Assembly (NCBI RefSeq): GCF_009914755.1
Contig: NC_060943.1
From: the human T2T-CHM13v2.0 reference genome, Homo sapiens
Reading direction: 5' to 3' (one strand)
DNA length: 64,000 nt
In this document: positions 1 to 64,000 of the stretch, in pieces
Position numbering within the stretch: the first letter of the stretch is position 1
Layout: each line of letters begins with the position of its first letter
Notes under the pieces: generated by a model
The model's input: only the letters and a program-made list of their open reading frames with translations
Database searches by the model: none
Told to the model about the DNA's origin: nothing
Translations under genes and position numbers: made by a program

Positions 1-713
<713 letters not shown>

Positions 714-937
714 CTAAACTCAGTCTTCCTCTGTGCTGGGCTCAAGGGAACTGAAAGGGAAGTAACTTGCTATGTGGTTCAGTGTCATTTCATGCTGTGT
801 CACTGCACCACTTAAAATCTTCACCCGGAGACTATGTCCCACACATGGGGAAATCAATCACCGTCATATTTTAAGTGCTTGCTGTGTGACAGCCACGATT
901 ACAATGACTGTTACTCTACCTCTTATTCTCACTGTAG

Positions 938-11798
<10,861 letters not shown>

Positions 11799-11902
11799 AC
11801 AACGCAGCTGCCATGATGCCTTGGGATGCCCTGGTCCTGGGGGACTCAGGTGCCTCCCTGATTCCTGTGGGAACCCCGGGTTCAGGGCCAGGGCCTCCTT
11901 GG

Positions 11903-11974
11903 AATAAATGGTTATTGTTACTAGGTCCCCACCTTCCCTCTTTTCTGGAAGCCAAAGTCAGCCTCCCCAATAAA
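11903..11974 (+). terminator. SHKBP1: SHKBP1 polyadenylation signals (AATAAA at 11903-11908 and 11969-11974)
   Basis: Two canonical hexamers about 105 and 170 nt after the stop. Confidence 0.8.
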
Positions 11975-12106
11975 GTCCTCACTGCCAACATCTTGCTTAT
12001 TCTTAGCAGGTTTGGGACTCCCCAGGAAAGGGGTGGGGAAGATGTGGGACCCAACCCGATATATGCAAAATCAGGAACATCTACCTCTCTTGTTTAAGCA
12101 AAGGGA

Positions 12107-13170
<1,064 letters not shown>

Positions 13171-13756
13171 CCTTGGGATTTTTTTTCCCCAAATAATGCC
13201 CGTTCCTACGGCACTTCCTTGAGGAGATTTTCTGCATCTTTTTTCCTTGTGCCAATAAAAAAGGGACAGAAAGTGGGGACAGACTAGGAGTAGAGAATAC
13301 TAGAACATGCTAATTCTAGAATTCCATAGTTTCTGGAATGCCAGAGCTTCTGAAACATAGTAGAGAGGGGTCTCGAACATTAGGACATCTCGGACACAAG
13401 GATATTCTGGAGTGCTCATGGATTAACAATATTAGAGTTCTCCCCTGCTTATCAGAGAATCCAGAATATAGAAGTTTCTGACAAAAAGGACCTGAAAAAT
13501 CACTGATTCTAGAATAGGGGAGTGTCAAGGGGAGTTCATACCCATGAATCTCCACCGGTAGGAATATCTTGCATGCCAGGATGTCTGGAATGCTGAGAAT
13601 TATAGGATACAGAAAGGAACCTGGATTACTAGGAAATCTAGAGAATGGGAGAGATCCTGGACTATCCGCCCTTCCAGAGCACTGGAAGGTTTGTTTGCGT
13701 TCCAAGAAATCCATAATGGCAGGAGATTCCGGATTATCAGAGAATCTGGAACACAA

Positions 13757-13772
13757 ATGGGAGACGTAAAAG
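13757..13772 (+). CDS. LTBP4: LTBP4 most upstream alternative first coding exon (MGDVK)
   Basis: ATG GGA GAC GTA AAA G|gtgagt; splices in frame via 19782-19840 and 19987-20141 to a 1587-aa frame, matching an isoform recalled from memory. Confidence 0.75.
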
Positions 13773-13829
13773 GTGAGTGCCTCTGAAACCGGGGTGTTCT
13801 GAAATAGCTGTGCACCTCAAACCCTAATT

Positions 13830-14680
<851 letters not shown>

Positions 14681-15054
14681 TTATTCTGGGGGAGGGGGTG
14701 GGGGGGGAGAGAGAGAGAGGGAGAGAGAGAGGAGAATTTGGGATGTTAGCAAATCTAGAACACTGAAGAGCTGGGTTTTTTAAATGCTAGAGATAGTATT
14801 ATCCTAGTATAGTATTAACTCTGTGTGTTTTTGTGCGTGAGAGGGCATGGGGGGAGGGGTGGAAGATTCTGGAATGCGGGGGGACTAGAACTCTGAGGGA
14901 TTCTGAAGGGTTGAGATGAGTTAGGATTCAAGAGGTGACATAGACACGATCCTGGGAGATAGTGACACTGATGGGAGGGATGGGGAGCTGGGGACTCCAA
15001 ATTCTAGGGGGAGGGGAGGCTAACGCCGGAAGTTGCAGTGGTGAGCCAGAGGAT

Positions 15055-15067
15055 GTTGCCTAGCAAC
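15055..15067. promoter_or_regulatory. RFX X-box GTTGCCTAGCAAC
   Basis: Matches GTNRCC-N-RGYAAC; ETS CCGGAAGT ~25 bp upstream. Confidence 0.6.
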
Positions 15068-15903
15068 AAGCATTGAAGATGCGCTGGATCCGGGACAGAA
15101 GGGAGAAATTTCAGCAGCGCCCCCAGCAAATGCTCCAGCCACAGGGTAGGAGGTGGTGAGGGGGGAAGCGGGTAGGGATATGCTGTCCTGCAGGGTCATG
15201 TGAGCAGGGGTCTTGGGGGTTATACAAAAACAGGGTCATGGAGTACAGTCATGGGGCAGAGCCGGGCTCTGGGACAGCCCACGAATAGCTGTGAATGGAG
15301 TGTGAGTGCCGTCGTCACCTGCCCCAGGGACTGTGTGTCCCTGGACGGTGCTGGACCCAGATTTCTGGGTGTCAGTGTGGGATGGAGGCATGGATTGCTG
15401 TAGGTGGCAGTAATGGTGTGTAGCCGTGTGAGTCAGCCTGTGTGTCTCACAGTGAGCGGGGGTGAAGGGCTTCCCCGTCAGTCCTGCACACCCTCCTGGA
15501 TTGGAAGAAGGAGCAGGAGTGGGGGGTGGGGGGTGCAACTGGATCAGTTGCCATTCTTGGTCTGGGGTGGGCTCTGTGGTCACGGCGTGTGGCCTAGTAC
15601 CCTGTGTGGGTGGAGCCTGGGATCCACGAGGTGGGGGCGGGGCTAACGCTACAGAACTGGGAAGCTTAAGAATCCAACTGCTTTGGGATATGGGGCCTGG
15701 AACCCCAAAGCGAAGCAAACATGAAAGGGGTGGGCTTGGGATCCTACATGTGGTCACGTCCCAGTTTTCTGTGGGAAAGGGTGTGGCCTGAAACTCTGGA
15801 AAAAGAGGTGATTAGGGGCAGAGTGAAGCTCTGAGGGTGGTGCCTTAGGGAGAGAAGGGGCTTGTATTTCAGAGAATATAGGGTGGAGCCTTGAATTTAT
15901 AAT

Positions 15904-17241
<1,338 letters not shown>

Positions 17242-17559
17242 CAATGTGAACTTGGGACCCTCAGAGGGGCAGGACCTGGGGGCTGGTGCAGGGTTGGTGC
17301 TCCATTTGCAGAATCCTCAGTCTCTCTCGTGGAAAGGGGTACCCGTGGGGGGCTTCCAGCTTCTACGCCAACGAGGGAGCTAAATTCTGACCGAATTCTC
17401 CCAGAACTGGGAGCAGAGAGCTGAGGACTGCCAGATGGAGTCCAGCTTAGGGGACCCTGCCCCCAACCCCGCTCCCGTATCCCTCCCATTTTTAAGCACC
17501 CCTACGCCTGGGACCTCTGTTCCACGAGAAGGTTCACGGAGCCAGTATCCGAGTTCTAA

Positions 17560-17819
17560 TTTCCCCCCACCGCGTGGGGAACTCGAGGTCCCCCGCGCCC
17601 CTAGTCCGGCACCTGTCCCTGCTGCCTCCTGATTGGCCGCGCGGCGAGCGCTGGCGGCGCCGGGCTGTGATTGGCGGGAAGTTCGCAGCCCGTGGCTGGA
17701 CTGTGGAGAAAGTGAGTCGGCCTCGGGCGGGGGCGGGGGCGGGGGCAGGGGCGGGGCCGGGGCTAGCCTGACCCGCTGGACAGACCGCCCGCCCGGAGCG
17801 GGACTCGGCGCCCGACACG

Positions 17820-17820
<1 letters not shown>
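17560..17820 (+). promoter_or_regulatory. LTBP4: LTBP4-L CpG-island promoter
   Basis: Two inverted CCAAT boxes (gattgg ~17631, ~17669), tandem GGGGCG Sp1 boxes ~17725-17760, high CpG. Confidence 0.8.
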
Positions 17821-50108
<32,288 letters not shown>

Positions 50109-50354
50109 GCCCTGGCACCCGCTGGCCACCCACCCGCGCCCGCCACTCGGGGCCCCTGCCGCGCATCCTGCAGCCCGCTTATGCGTATGTGCACGGGGCC
50201 GCCCGCCTGGACCTGGAGAAGGGACCTACGGACGCCTGGAAGCTGCGACGCCCTGCACTGCTCCCGCCTCCACCAGCGCCTCCCACTGATGTCGTGGTCC
50301 CGGGCCTGGCCCAGGGGCCCCTTTACATGCCCTCTCCCTTTTATAAAATTTTCC

Positions 50355-50360
50355 ATTAAA
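50355..50360 (+). terminator. LTBP4: LTBP4 poly(A) signal ATTAAA
   Basis: Common variant hexamer ~250 nt after the stop, followed by U/GU-rich sequence. Confidence 0.75.
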
Positions 50361-50437
50361 AACCACCTATTTTCTATCTTTTGCCTCCTCCTGTCTATTT
50401 CTCCAAGTCTACCCCAGTTTGTGCTTTGAGTCACTAA

Positions 50438-50857
<420 letters not shown>

Positions 50858-51651
50858 TAATTTTTGTATTTTTAGTAGAGACGGAGTTTCGCCATGTTGG
50901 CCAGGCTGGTCTCAAACTCCTGGCTTCAGGTGATCCACCCACCTTGGCCTCCCAAAGTGCTGGGATTACAGGTGTGAGCCACCGCACCCAGCTTTTATTT
51001 TTTAGAGATGAGGTCTCCCTATGTTGCCCAGTCTGGTCTCAAATTCCTGGGCTCAAGTGATCCTCCCACCTCGGCCTCCCAAAGTGCTGAGATTATAGAT
51101 GTGAGCCACCGTGCTTGGCCTAGAAGTCTTAAGCTGTCCTGGAACAAGTGGGGCAAGAGCAGGGAGCAGGAGTCCCTGGAGGGCCAAACCCAGACCTGAT
51201 GCTCCAGCTAGGAGTTGGCTGTGGATGGAGTATGGAGCGGCAGTCCTGACAGCTGGAGGCGGGAATGAGCTCTGTGTGTGATGGTGGAGTGCCCAGCACG
51301 GACCTCCTCCATGTGCCCTGCCTGCTTACTGGCCATGTTCCTAGTCCAGACTCCTCCTCCCTAAAAAACAAGAACGGCCTAGATCAGCATAAACTTAGGG
51401 CAGGAGTAGGGGTCGGGGATCGTGGGTGATCAACTTGGCACTGGGCCAAGCTGGAAAAAAAAAAAAAAATGTACCTCAGCCAGGTGCGATGGCTCACACA
51501 TGTAATCCCAGCGCTTTGGGAGGCCCAGGCAGGCGGATCACAAGGTCAAGAGATCAAGACCATCCTGGCCAACATGGTGAAACCTGGTCTCAACTAAAAA
51601 TATAAAAATTAGCCCGCCATGGTGGCATGCAACTGTAATCCCAGCTATTTA

Positions 51652-51792
<141 letters not shown>

Positions 51793-51924
51793 TCACCCAC
51801 CTGTCAATTCTTGTGTCCCCAGGGTTTCAAACTCATATGCTGCAAAGACCAGAACCGGAATGTTAGCAGGAAGCAGGGAAAATTGAGGCACACATTACCT
51901 TCTGCCTAAGGCTTGGTTAGACTA

Positions 51925-52261
<337 letters not shown>

Positions 52262-52273
52262 TTAATAACTATC

Positions 52274-52961
<688 letters not shown>

Positions 52962-53374
52962 CTATGGGGCCTATTTGGCCTATGAGGCTCCAGTTTTAAT
53001 CCTCTAGGCACTGCTGAAATTGCATAAATTGTGGATTGGAGGCTGCTTCCTGACCTGATCTCCAGCCCACCCGCTGAGTGTCAGGAGGGGTCACATGCCC
53101 AGCAGCCTCCTGTGCTACATCGGGGAATCATACTAAGAGCGCCTACCCTGCAGGATTGGTGGTGGTGGTTAAATGAATTGTCATATATGTGCTTAGAATG
53201 TCACCTGGTACAGAGCAAGGGCTCAGTCATTGTTGGCATAACCCTGGGCCTCCCAGGATATGCTGAGCCCTGTGGCTGGGCAGATAGTAAGGTCTTGTTC
53301 TTTTCTCTTTTCCTTTCCTTCTTCCTTTTCTTTTCTTTCTTTCTTTCTTTCTTTTTTTTTTTTTTTTGACATAG

Positions 53375-53521
<147 letters not shown>

Positions 53522-54123
53522 TAATTTTTATTTTTTGTAGAGAGGGGACCTTACTGTGTTGCACAAGCTGATCTCAAACTCCTGGGCTAAAGTGATTCTC
53601 CTGCACTTTGGCCTGCCAAAGTGCTGGGATTACATGTATGACCCACGGCACCTGGCCTGGCTAGGTCTTTTTCTTTACCAATTCTCCCTCCCAGGGTGGA
53701 GGAGGAGGCCAGACCCCATCCCCTTCAACAGGACAGTGAGAAACACCTAACACAAGGCCTTGGTGGGGAGGAGTGTCAGACAAGGAGTGGCTCAAGGCTC
53801 CACAAAGGGGTGACAGTTGCACAAAACTGTCTGTACCAAAAATCATTGAATTATACACTACACATGGGTGACTTGTGTGGTATGTGAATCATAAGTCAAT
53901 AAAGCCCTTCTTTAAAAACGCCGACTCTACAAAGCGTTTCAGAAAGTTACCCTCCAGCTGATACAGGGAACCCAACCCAACCACTAATTCCTCAGTCATT
54001 CATTCAACAAATATTTTCCTGCTTTGCAATAAGTGAATTCGAGGAACACAAACTTTAACCCAGCCTTGGGGGTGGTTAGGGAGGGCTCCTGGAGGAGGAG
54101 ATGTTGGAGCTGAGAGTTGATTA

Positions 54124-54282
<159 letters not shown>

Positions 54283-54284
54283 TC

Positions 54285-54335
54285 AGAAAGAAAGAGAGAG
54301 AGAGAGAGGAAGGAAGGAAGGAAAGAAGGAAGGAA

Positions 54336-54383
<48 letters not shown>

Positions 54384-54420
54384 GAAAGAAAGAAAGAGAG
54401 AGAAAAAGAAAAGAGAAAGA
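54285..54420 (+). repeat. Purine-rich (AG)n/(GGAA)n/(AAAG)n compound microsatellite from an Alu tail
   Basis: Direct reading. Confidence 0.92.
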
Positions 54421-55208
54421 GGTGGAGAACCATGTTCCAGGTGGAGGGGACAGCACTTCCGAAGGCCTAGAAGTAAGAGAGCAAGTGTCTGTTAGATGTC
54501 TTTCCTTTGGTATCTAAGGCCTGTATTGGACAACAATGGTGACAATCTTGGTGCCTGAGAAATCCCAGGCCCTTGCCTTCATGGGGGACACCGACACATC
54601 ACCACACATGAGAGCCTGTGCTGTATGGGGGAGGCACAGGCAGGGGTCAGGCTGCGGTGGGGGAAGATCAGAGGGCATGCATGCCCAGAGGAGACACTTG
54701 ATCCAGTCTGAGAGATGATCAGGGAAGGCTTTCTGGAGAAAGAGACAAAGCTCTGAACAGTCTCTGTTTGGACGTCTAGATCCCTTTGAGAATCTGTCGA
54801 AAGCTCATTCACAGAAGAAAAACTCACACAAACAAAGGTTGCAGGCAATTTCCAAGTATTCTCATCCTTCCTCGGAATCTTCTGTGGGTATCCCATTCCC
54901 ACCCCGCCCCCACAACCACCTTGCTGCATAAATGTCCCAGGAATTGCGACAGGGCTGGCCAACAGTGCTGGAAAACTGCAATCGAATTTCAGCATCCTGG
55001 GAGTGGGATCTTTCTTCTGAGATCTCGCCCGCCGCCGGGCCTGGAGGGTGTGCCCCATGGATCTAATTGTTATCCTGCCTGCATCCCCTGCACTAACCCC
55101 CAGACCTGGCGTTGGGGCTTCTGGCACTGGCCGGGACCGACGCGTTCTCCTCTGGAATGTTCAGAGGGAGGTAGTCCAGGCGGTCACCGCGCTCGCCAGA
55201 CAAGCAAC

Positions 55209-55725
<517 letters not shown>

Positions 55726-55848
55726 CTATGATCATCCAGGCAGTGATTCATGCCTGTAACCGCAGGGCTTTGGGAGGCCAAGGCAGGAGGATGTCATGAG
55801 GCCATGAGTTCTAGACTAACCTGGGCGACAGAGCAAGAGCTGTCTCTA

Positions 55849-56007
<159 letters not shown>

Positions 56008-57111
56008 TTAACTGTCTCTCCCACAGGGAGAGCTGCCTCCTTCACTCTCAGCTCATTTGGTTCACATGTTGACCCTACTGGAAGACTCCAGACCTGGCCA
56101 ATGAGAGAATCCCTTCCCTTCAGCCTTTGCAACTGGCTTAGGGACAGGTGTGTCCCTGAAGCTGGACTGATGAGCATTGGCTCTGGAACTACTGCTGATT
56201 GTTGAAGAAGGGGCTTCCTAGACATACTGTGCTGAAAGGGCACAGGCTTGGAACACTGGGTTCTTACATGGGAGAAGAGCTGGCCTGAAAATGCAGCCAA
56301 CACGAGGGGAAGCAGCGCTGGGAGAGGAACAGAGAGACTGGTGCCTGGCGCACGTCATCTGCACCTCTGTCTCACCCTTCTCCAGAACATTTCTTTGCAT
56401 CTTACATCAAATTTGTCAGCAAATTCTGTCGGCTCTAGTTAGAAAAGGTGTCCCATTCTGTGTTGGAGGAAAAGCGATGCTGTCTATCAGGACGTTACCG
56501 GGTCAGTTGACAGAACTGGAATACGAACAGTCGATTAGAAAAATTCACATACTAATATTAAATTTACTGAAGTTGATCACTATATTGTGGTCATGTAAGA
56601 GAATATCCCTATTCTTTTGTTTTGCTTTGTTCTGTTTTTGAGACGGAGTCTCGCTCTGTTGCCCAGGCTGGAGTGCAGTGGTGCAATCTCAGCTCCTGCA
56701 ACCTCCTCCTCCTGGGTTCAAGCAATTCTCCTGCCTCAGCCTCCCGAGTAGCTGGGACTACAGGTGTGTGCCACCATGCCCAGCTAATTTTCGTATTAAT
56801 ATTTCCAGTACAGACGGGGTTTCACCATGTTGGCCAGGGTTCTCGAACTTACGGCCTCAAGTGATCTGCCCACCTTTGCTTCCCAAAGTGCTGGGACCAC
56901 AGGTGTAAGCCACGTCGCCTGGCCAGAAATATCCCTATTCTTTTCTTTTCTTTTCTTTTTTGAGATGGAGTTTTGCTCTTGTTGCCCAGGCTGGAGTGCA
57001 ATGGCGAAATCTCGGCTCACTGAAGCCTCTGCCTCTGGGGTTCGAGAAATTCTCCTGCCTTAGCCTCCTGAGTAGCTGGGATTACAGGCACCCACCACCA
57101 CACCCAGCTAA

Positions 57112-57324
<213 letters not shown>

Positions 57325-59460
57325 TGAGGTGGGACGATCCCTTGAGCCCAAGAGTTCAAGACCAACCTGGGCAACATGGCAAGAACCCATCTCTCAAAAA
57401 CTTTAAAAATGATCCAGGTGTGGTGGCTGCAGTGTCAAGGCTGCAGTGAGCCAGGATCATGCCACTGCACTCCAGCCTGGGTGACAGAGTGAGACCCTGT
57501 CTCTACGGAAAAAAAGAAAGAAAAGAAAAAGAGATACATTACAGAAGTTTTTGTTTGTTTGTTTGTTTGTTTGTTTGAGACAGTCTTGCTCTGTCGCCCA
57601 GGCTGGAGTGCAGAGTGCAGTTCAGTTCACTGAAATCCTGGTTCACTGCAACCTCACCTCCCGGGTTCAAGTGATTCTCCTGCCTCAGCCTCCTGAGTAG
57701 CCAGGACTACAGGTGTGTGCCACCACACCCAGGTAATTTTTGTATTTTTAGTAGAGACAAGGTTTCTTCATCTTGGCTGGGCTGGTCTCGAACTTCTGAC
57801 CTCAGATGATTCGCCTGCCTTGGCCTTCCGAAGTTCTGAGATTATAGGCATGAGCCACCGTGCCCAGCCCATTATAGAAGCTTTTAGGGGTGATGTTGTT
57901 TGTAACTTAGCCTCAAAGATTTTTTTAAAAATCAGAAAAAGAAAATACATAACAGAGAAGAGAGCAAGTGATAAAGGAAATGAGGTAGAAATGTTACCAA
58001 TCCATGAACCTGAGTATAAAATACAAGAGAGTTCTTTGTCCTATTATTTGTCTTGCAACTTTTTGGTAAATTTGAAATTATTTCCAAAGGAAAAGTTAAA
58101 ACACTTTCTAAAATTGAGAGATCTAAAATCTTAGGCCAGGCGTGGTGGCTCACACCTGTAATCCCAGCACTTTGGGAGGCTGAGGCAGGTGGATCACATG
58201 AGGTCAGGAGTTGGAGACCAGCCCGGCCAATATGGTGAAAACCTGTCTCTGCTAAAAATACAAAAATCAGCTGGGCATGGTGGGAGGTGCTTGTAATCTC
58301 AGCTACTCAGGCACGAGAATCGCTTGAACCTGGGGAGCGGAGGTTGCAGTGAGCCGAGATGGCGCCACTGCACTCCACCCTGGGTAACAGAGCAAGACTC
58401 CAACTCAAAAATAATATGAAATAAAATAAAATCTTAGACAACACTATCATTATAAGTAGGATTGGGGAGATCAAAAACAACATGCTCTGTGCTCCAGGTA
58501 CTGTTTGGTGTGATGTTGAAAATATTAGATTTTAAACTTGATTTTTTCTTTTTTTTTTTTTTTTTGAGGCAGAGTGTTGCTCTGTCGCCCAGGCTGGAGT
58601 GCAGTGGCGTCATCTCGGCTCACTGTAACCTCCGCCTCCTAGGTTCAAGCGACTCTTCTGCCTCAGCCTCCTGAGTAGCTGGGACTACAGGTGTGTGCCA
58701 CCACACCTGGCTAATTTTTGTATTTTTAGTAGAGACGGGGTTTCACCATATTGGCCAGGCTGATCTCGAACTCCTGACCTCATGATCTGCCCTCCTCGGC
58801 CTCCCAAAGTGCTGAGATAACAGGCGTGAGCCACTGCGCCTAGCCTAGACTTGATTTTTTAAATTTCTGTCCTCCAATAGAAATAGACCTGATTTTTAAA
58901 AATGTGCATGGCCAGGCACAGTAATTCATGCCTATAATCCTAGGACTTTGGGAGGCCAATGTGGGAGGATCACTTGAGCCCAGGAGTTGGAGATCAACCT
59001 GGACAACATAGCTAGACCCTGTCTCTACAAAAATAAAAATATTAGGTGGGTGTGGTCTTGTACACCTGTAGTGCCAGCTACACAGGGGGTTGAGGAGGGA
59101 GGATCCATTGAGACCAGGAGTTCCAGCCTGCAACGAGCTAGGATCTCACCACTGCACTGCAGGCTGGGCAACAGAGCAAGACCCTGCCTCAAAAAAAAAA
59201 AAAAAAAAAAAGCATGTTAAAATTTCAAAGATTGCTACAAAAAGAAAGAAATGGTGCATAGATTCCAAACTAGTAGAGGGAAAACAAAGAATAAGAAAAC
59301 ATAAGACAAAACTAAACAAAAAATGCAGCCAATTCAAAGAAGCTTAAATGAGCATGAAAAAATAAATAAACGTAGAAAAATGAGGACACTAGAATCACAA
59401 AGCAAAATGGTAGAAGTAAATAAAATACATCATTAATCACATACACAAAAAATGTATTCA

Positions 59461-59841
<381 letters not shown>

Positions 59842-60492
59842 TTACCCTCCTCCTAGGGTTTGGAGTTCCTACTCCTGGCCCCACAATCTCTCCCCGTCAT
59901 GCAGATAGAGGGACTCTGGGAATAACCAAGTCAACTCAACTCCCTCTGCTGCTCAAAACTTTCCTGTGGCTCCATCTCACTCAAAGATTATTTTGCTCAT
60001 TTTTTTTTTGTTTTTTTTTGAGACAGGGTCTCACTCTGTTGCCCAGGCTGGAGTGCAGTGGTGCAAGTCATGACTCACTGCAGCCTAGACTTCCTCGGCT
60101 CAAGCCATCCTCCAGGCCTCCAGGGCTACCACAACCCAGCCAATTTTTTGATAGAGACGAGGCCTCCCTTATTGCCCAAGCTGGTCTTGAACTTATGGGC
60201 TCAACTTATCTACCCACCTCGGCCTCCCAAAATGCTGGGATTCCAGGCCTGAGCCACTGTGTTCCGCCAATCTCATTCAAAGTAAGAGCCAAAGTCCTCA
60301 CTGTGGTCCAGCAGACTCTGCACCGTCTGCTTCTTGTTCCCTCTCTGACCTCACCTCCCCTCCACCCCCCACACGCTCCTCTGCAGCAACACGGATCTCC
60401 TTGTTGTTTCTCTAAGATCCAGACATGTTCCCATCCCACCCCAGGACCTTGGCACTGGCTGTTCCCTCTGCCTAGGGGACTCTTTCCACTAG

Positions 60493-60846
<354 letters not shown>

Positions 60847-62263
60847 TGATCCCACAGTGGCCTGCAATGTGTGTGTGCTGCAATGAGAATAACCTGTAAC
60901 TGCACACGACAACCAGGATGAATTTTTTTCACGGTGCTGACTGAAAAAAGCCAGATGCTAAAAAGAACATATTTTCAGATTGCATTTACATGAATTCAAA
61001 ACAGGCACAACCAATCTATGCTGTCAGAAGTGAGGGTGATAATGACCTTGGAGGGAGGGCAGGTGATAAGGGAGCGCCGAGGGGGCTTCTAGGGGGCTGG
61101 AGATATTGCTTCTTGGGCTGGTGGCTGGTGACACAGGTGTGTTCAATCGGTGATAATTCCTCCAGCGGTTACACTTACGGTTTGTACTTTCCTGAATATG
61201 GGTCTACTTCAAGAAACCACTGCTGAAAACGAGGAGCTGCACCCACCACCCAGTGTCCCCTCCATCCAGTTTAAGCAACAGGACATTCTCAGCCCCCCGG
61301 GGTCCCTCCCTCCCAATGCAATGTGCTTTTATGTCTTCAAGGGGCCTGGCCACCACCTTGGTTGCTTCCCCCAGCTTGCTATGCATGTCACCCCACGCAT
61401 GTTCCAGGCAGCTCCACAGAGGTCCCCAGAGAGAAGGCAGGCTGTGGGTGGGAGGAAGGGCAGGGGTGGGGGACGTGGCTTCCCAGCGGAGCCCGGGCAG
61501 GGGGAGGAAACATTTCTGCAACACCCCACACCAAGTCCTGACTTCGGGGGGGCTTTGCAGGGTGAATTCTAAGTGCCCAGGGCCCCATGTGAAGGGGTCA
61601 ACTGTGTCCCGCTCTGTGTCTGTCTCTCTGTCTGTCTCTCTTCCTGTTTCCTCCCTCCCTCCCAGTCTCTCTCTCCTCAAGAAGAAAAAAACTCACAACT
61701 ATTTACATAACAATTTTATATCAGACTGTAACCCAAAAACCCAAGTTCCAACTTCGAATTTTTCAATAAACTTTGAATAAATAGTAGTGCTATTTTTCTT
61801 TCTTTTTTTTTTTAGTACTGTAATGTTTACTTTTAAATTTAATTTTTACTGGCAGACTTTACGTATATGAGGTTCAAGAAAAGAAAATCTCCACTGTTTA
61901 CATTTCTTTTCTGACTATTAATATTGTTCATTTCATTTCCTGATTATTACTGGCAATAATTTTGTCCTATGGGGAAGGGAGGCGCTTGGCAGGCCTCGAG
62001 TTATCCTTTGAGACATGGGGGTCTGTGGTCAGATTTAGAAAGTGCTTGTGGGTGGCTGGGTGGGAGTGGGTCATGGGAGACATAAGGGCAGGCTGGAGTC
62101 CAGGGAGGAGGCCGGCCGGGCAGGGACCCAGGCAGCGGAGATGGACAGGGCCATGGAGAATCTGGGAGGCGCAGGCCCTGGGGACTGTGGATTGGGGAAG
62201 GAGATAATTTTATTTTATTATATTTTTTTGAGACAGAGTTTCAGTCTGTCTCCAAGACTGTAG

Positions 62264-62512
<249 letters not shown>

Positions 62513-62675
62513 TAATTTTTTGTATTTTTAGGAGAGACAGGGTTTTGCCATGTTGGCCAGGCTAGTCTTGAACTCCTGGCCTCAAGTGATCCGCACACCT
62601 CAACCTCCCAAAGTGCTGGGATTACAGGTGTGAGCCACTACGCCCCGCCAAGGGAAGGGGAGAATTTGAGTGCTA

Positions 62676-62816
<141 letters not shown>

Positions 62817-63257
62817 CTACAAAAAATTAAAAATTAGCCAGGCATGGTGGCACCCACCTGTACTCCCAAGGCTACTTAGGAGGCTGAGGTGGGAGGATCG
62901 CTGGATCCCAGGAGATCTGAGGTGAGCCGTGATCATGCCACTGCACTCCAGCCTGGGCAGCAGAGTAAGACCCTGTCTCCAAAAATAAAAAATAATTTAA
63001 AATAAAGCGCGGAACACTGTCAGGTTGTCTGTGGGGGAGCAGCGGGCAGGCGACCAGGAGGGCTGGCTGCTCTGTGCAGGGCTAGTGCCTGGGTTGGGAT
63101 GACTCGGCCTCAGAGCTGTAAATAAAGAAGGAAGAGGGCCGGGCGCGGTGGTTCACGCCTGTAATCCCAGCACTTTGGGAGGGCGAGGTGGACTAATCAC
63201 CTGAGGTCGGGAGTTCGAGACAAGTCTGACCAACATAGAGAAATCCCATCTCTGCTA

Positions 63258-63515
<258 letters not shown>

Positions 63516-64000
63516 TTACAGATGGGGAAGCTGAGGCTCAGAGAGAGGAAGGCCCAAGTGGAAGAGCAAGCCTGGAGCCCAGGTCTCCTCCTGCCTAATC
63601 CTGGGCTTTTGCTGGTGGACTCCCGCCCAATCTTGAATAACTTCAGGCCTTAAACAACCTCCCACGATTGCTTTTCCTCCCATTAGAACAATAAATGCAG
63701 ATACAAAAACCAACTATGCTTGTCTACAAAGCCCAAGAGAATTTTTGAAGTAATAAAACTGTCATGAATGCAGACTGTGGTGATTACATGACTTACGAAT
63801 TTTTCAAAACTCAGAATCGAGCCAGATGAAATGATCCTGCCTGCAATCCCAGCACTTTGGGAGGCTATGGCAGGAGGATCATTTGAGGCCAGGAGTTCAA
63901 GACCAGCCTGGCCAACATGGTGAAACCCCGTCTCTACTAAAAATACAAAAATTAGCTGGGTGTGGAGGCACATGCCTGTAATCCCAGCTATTTCAGCAGC

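Noticed and set aside
61250-61790. Non-Alu stretch with ORFs and two AATAAA, possibly the 3' end of another gene
   Set aside because: No recognisable protein or convincing exon structure. The next known gene (NUMBL, from memory) lies beyond the window on the opposite strand.

Overview
Human/primate genomic DNA, recognised as chr19q13.2. The window is GC-rich and very Alu-dense. It holds the last 12 coding exons and 3'UTR of SHKBP1 (+, 938-~11990) and the complete LTBP4 gene (+). LTBP4 has three alternative N-termini (MGDVK at 13757, long form MPRPG at 17820, short form MAGGV at 21973), 29 shared exons (25618-50108) and an ATTAAA signal at 50355. About 13.5 kb of repeat-rich intergenic DNA follows. 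Hand-spliced exon lengths give open frames of 1624 aa (L), 1557 aa (S) and 1587 aa (MGDVK). Most notable observations: (1) a ~250-bp, ~95%-identical non-Alu inverted repeat just upstream of the LTBP4-L promoter; (2) a dual-frame LTBP4 exon whose frame is restored only by promoter-matched choice of two acceptors 19 nt apart; (3) a candidate fourth LTBP4 promoter with an in-frame strong-Kozak ATG and signal-peptide-like leader at 25581; (4) the IAAM modifier haplotype; (5) tandem CTCF motifs and a THE1 LTR with a PRDM9-type motif downstream. Most of the ORF track is Alu or GC-rich noise. Repeat subfamily calls and repeat boundaries are by eye and approximate.
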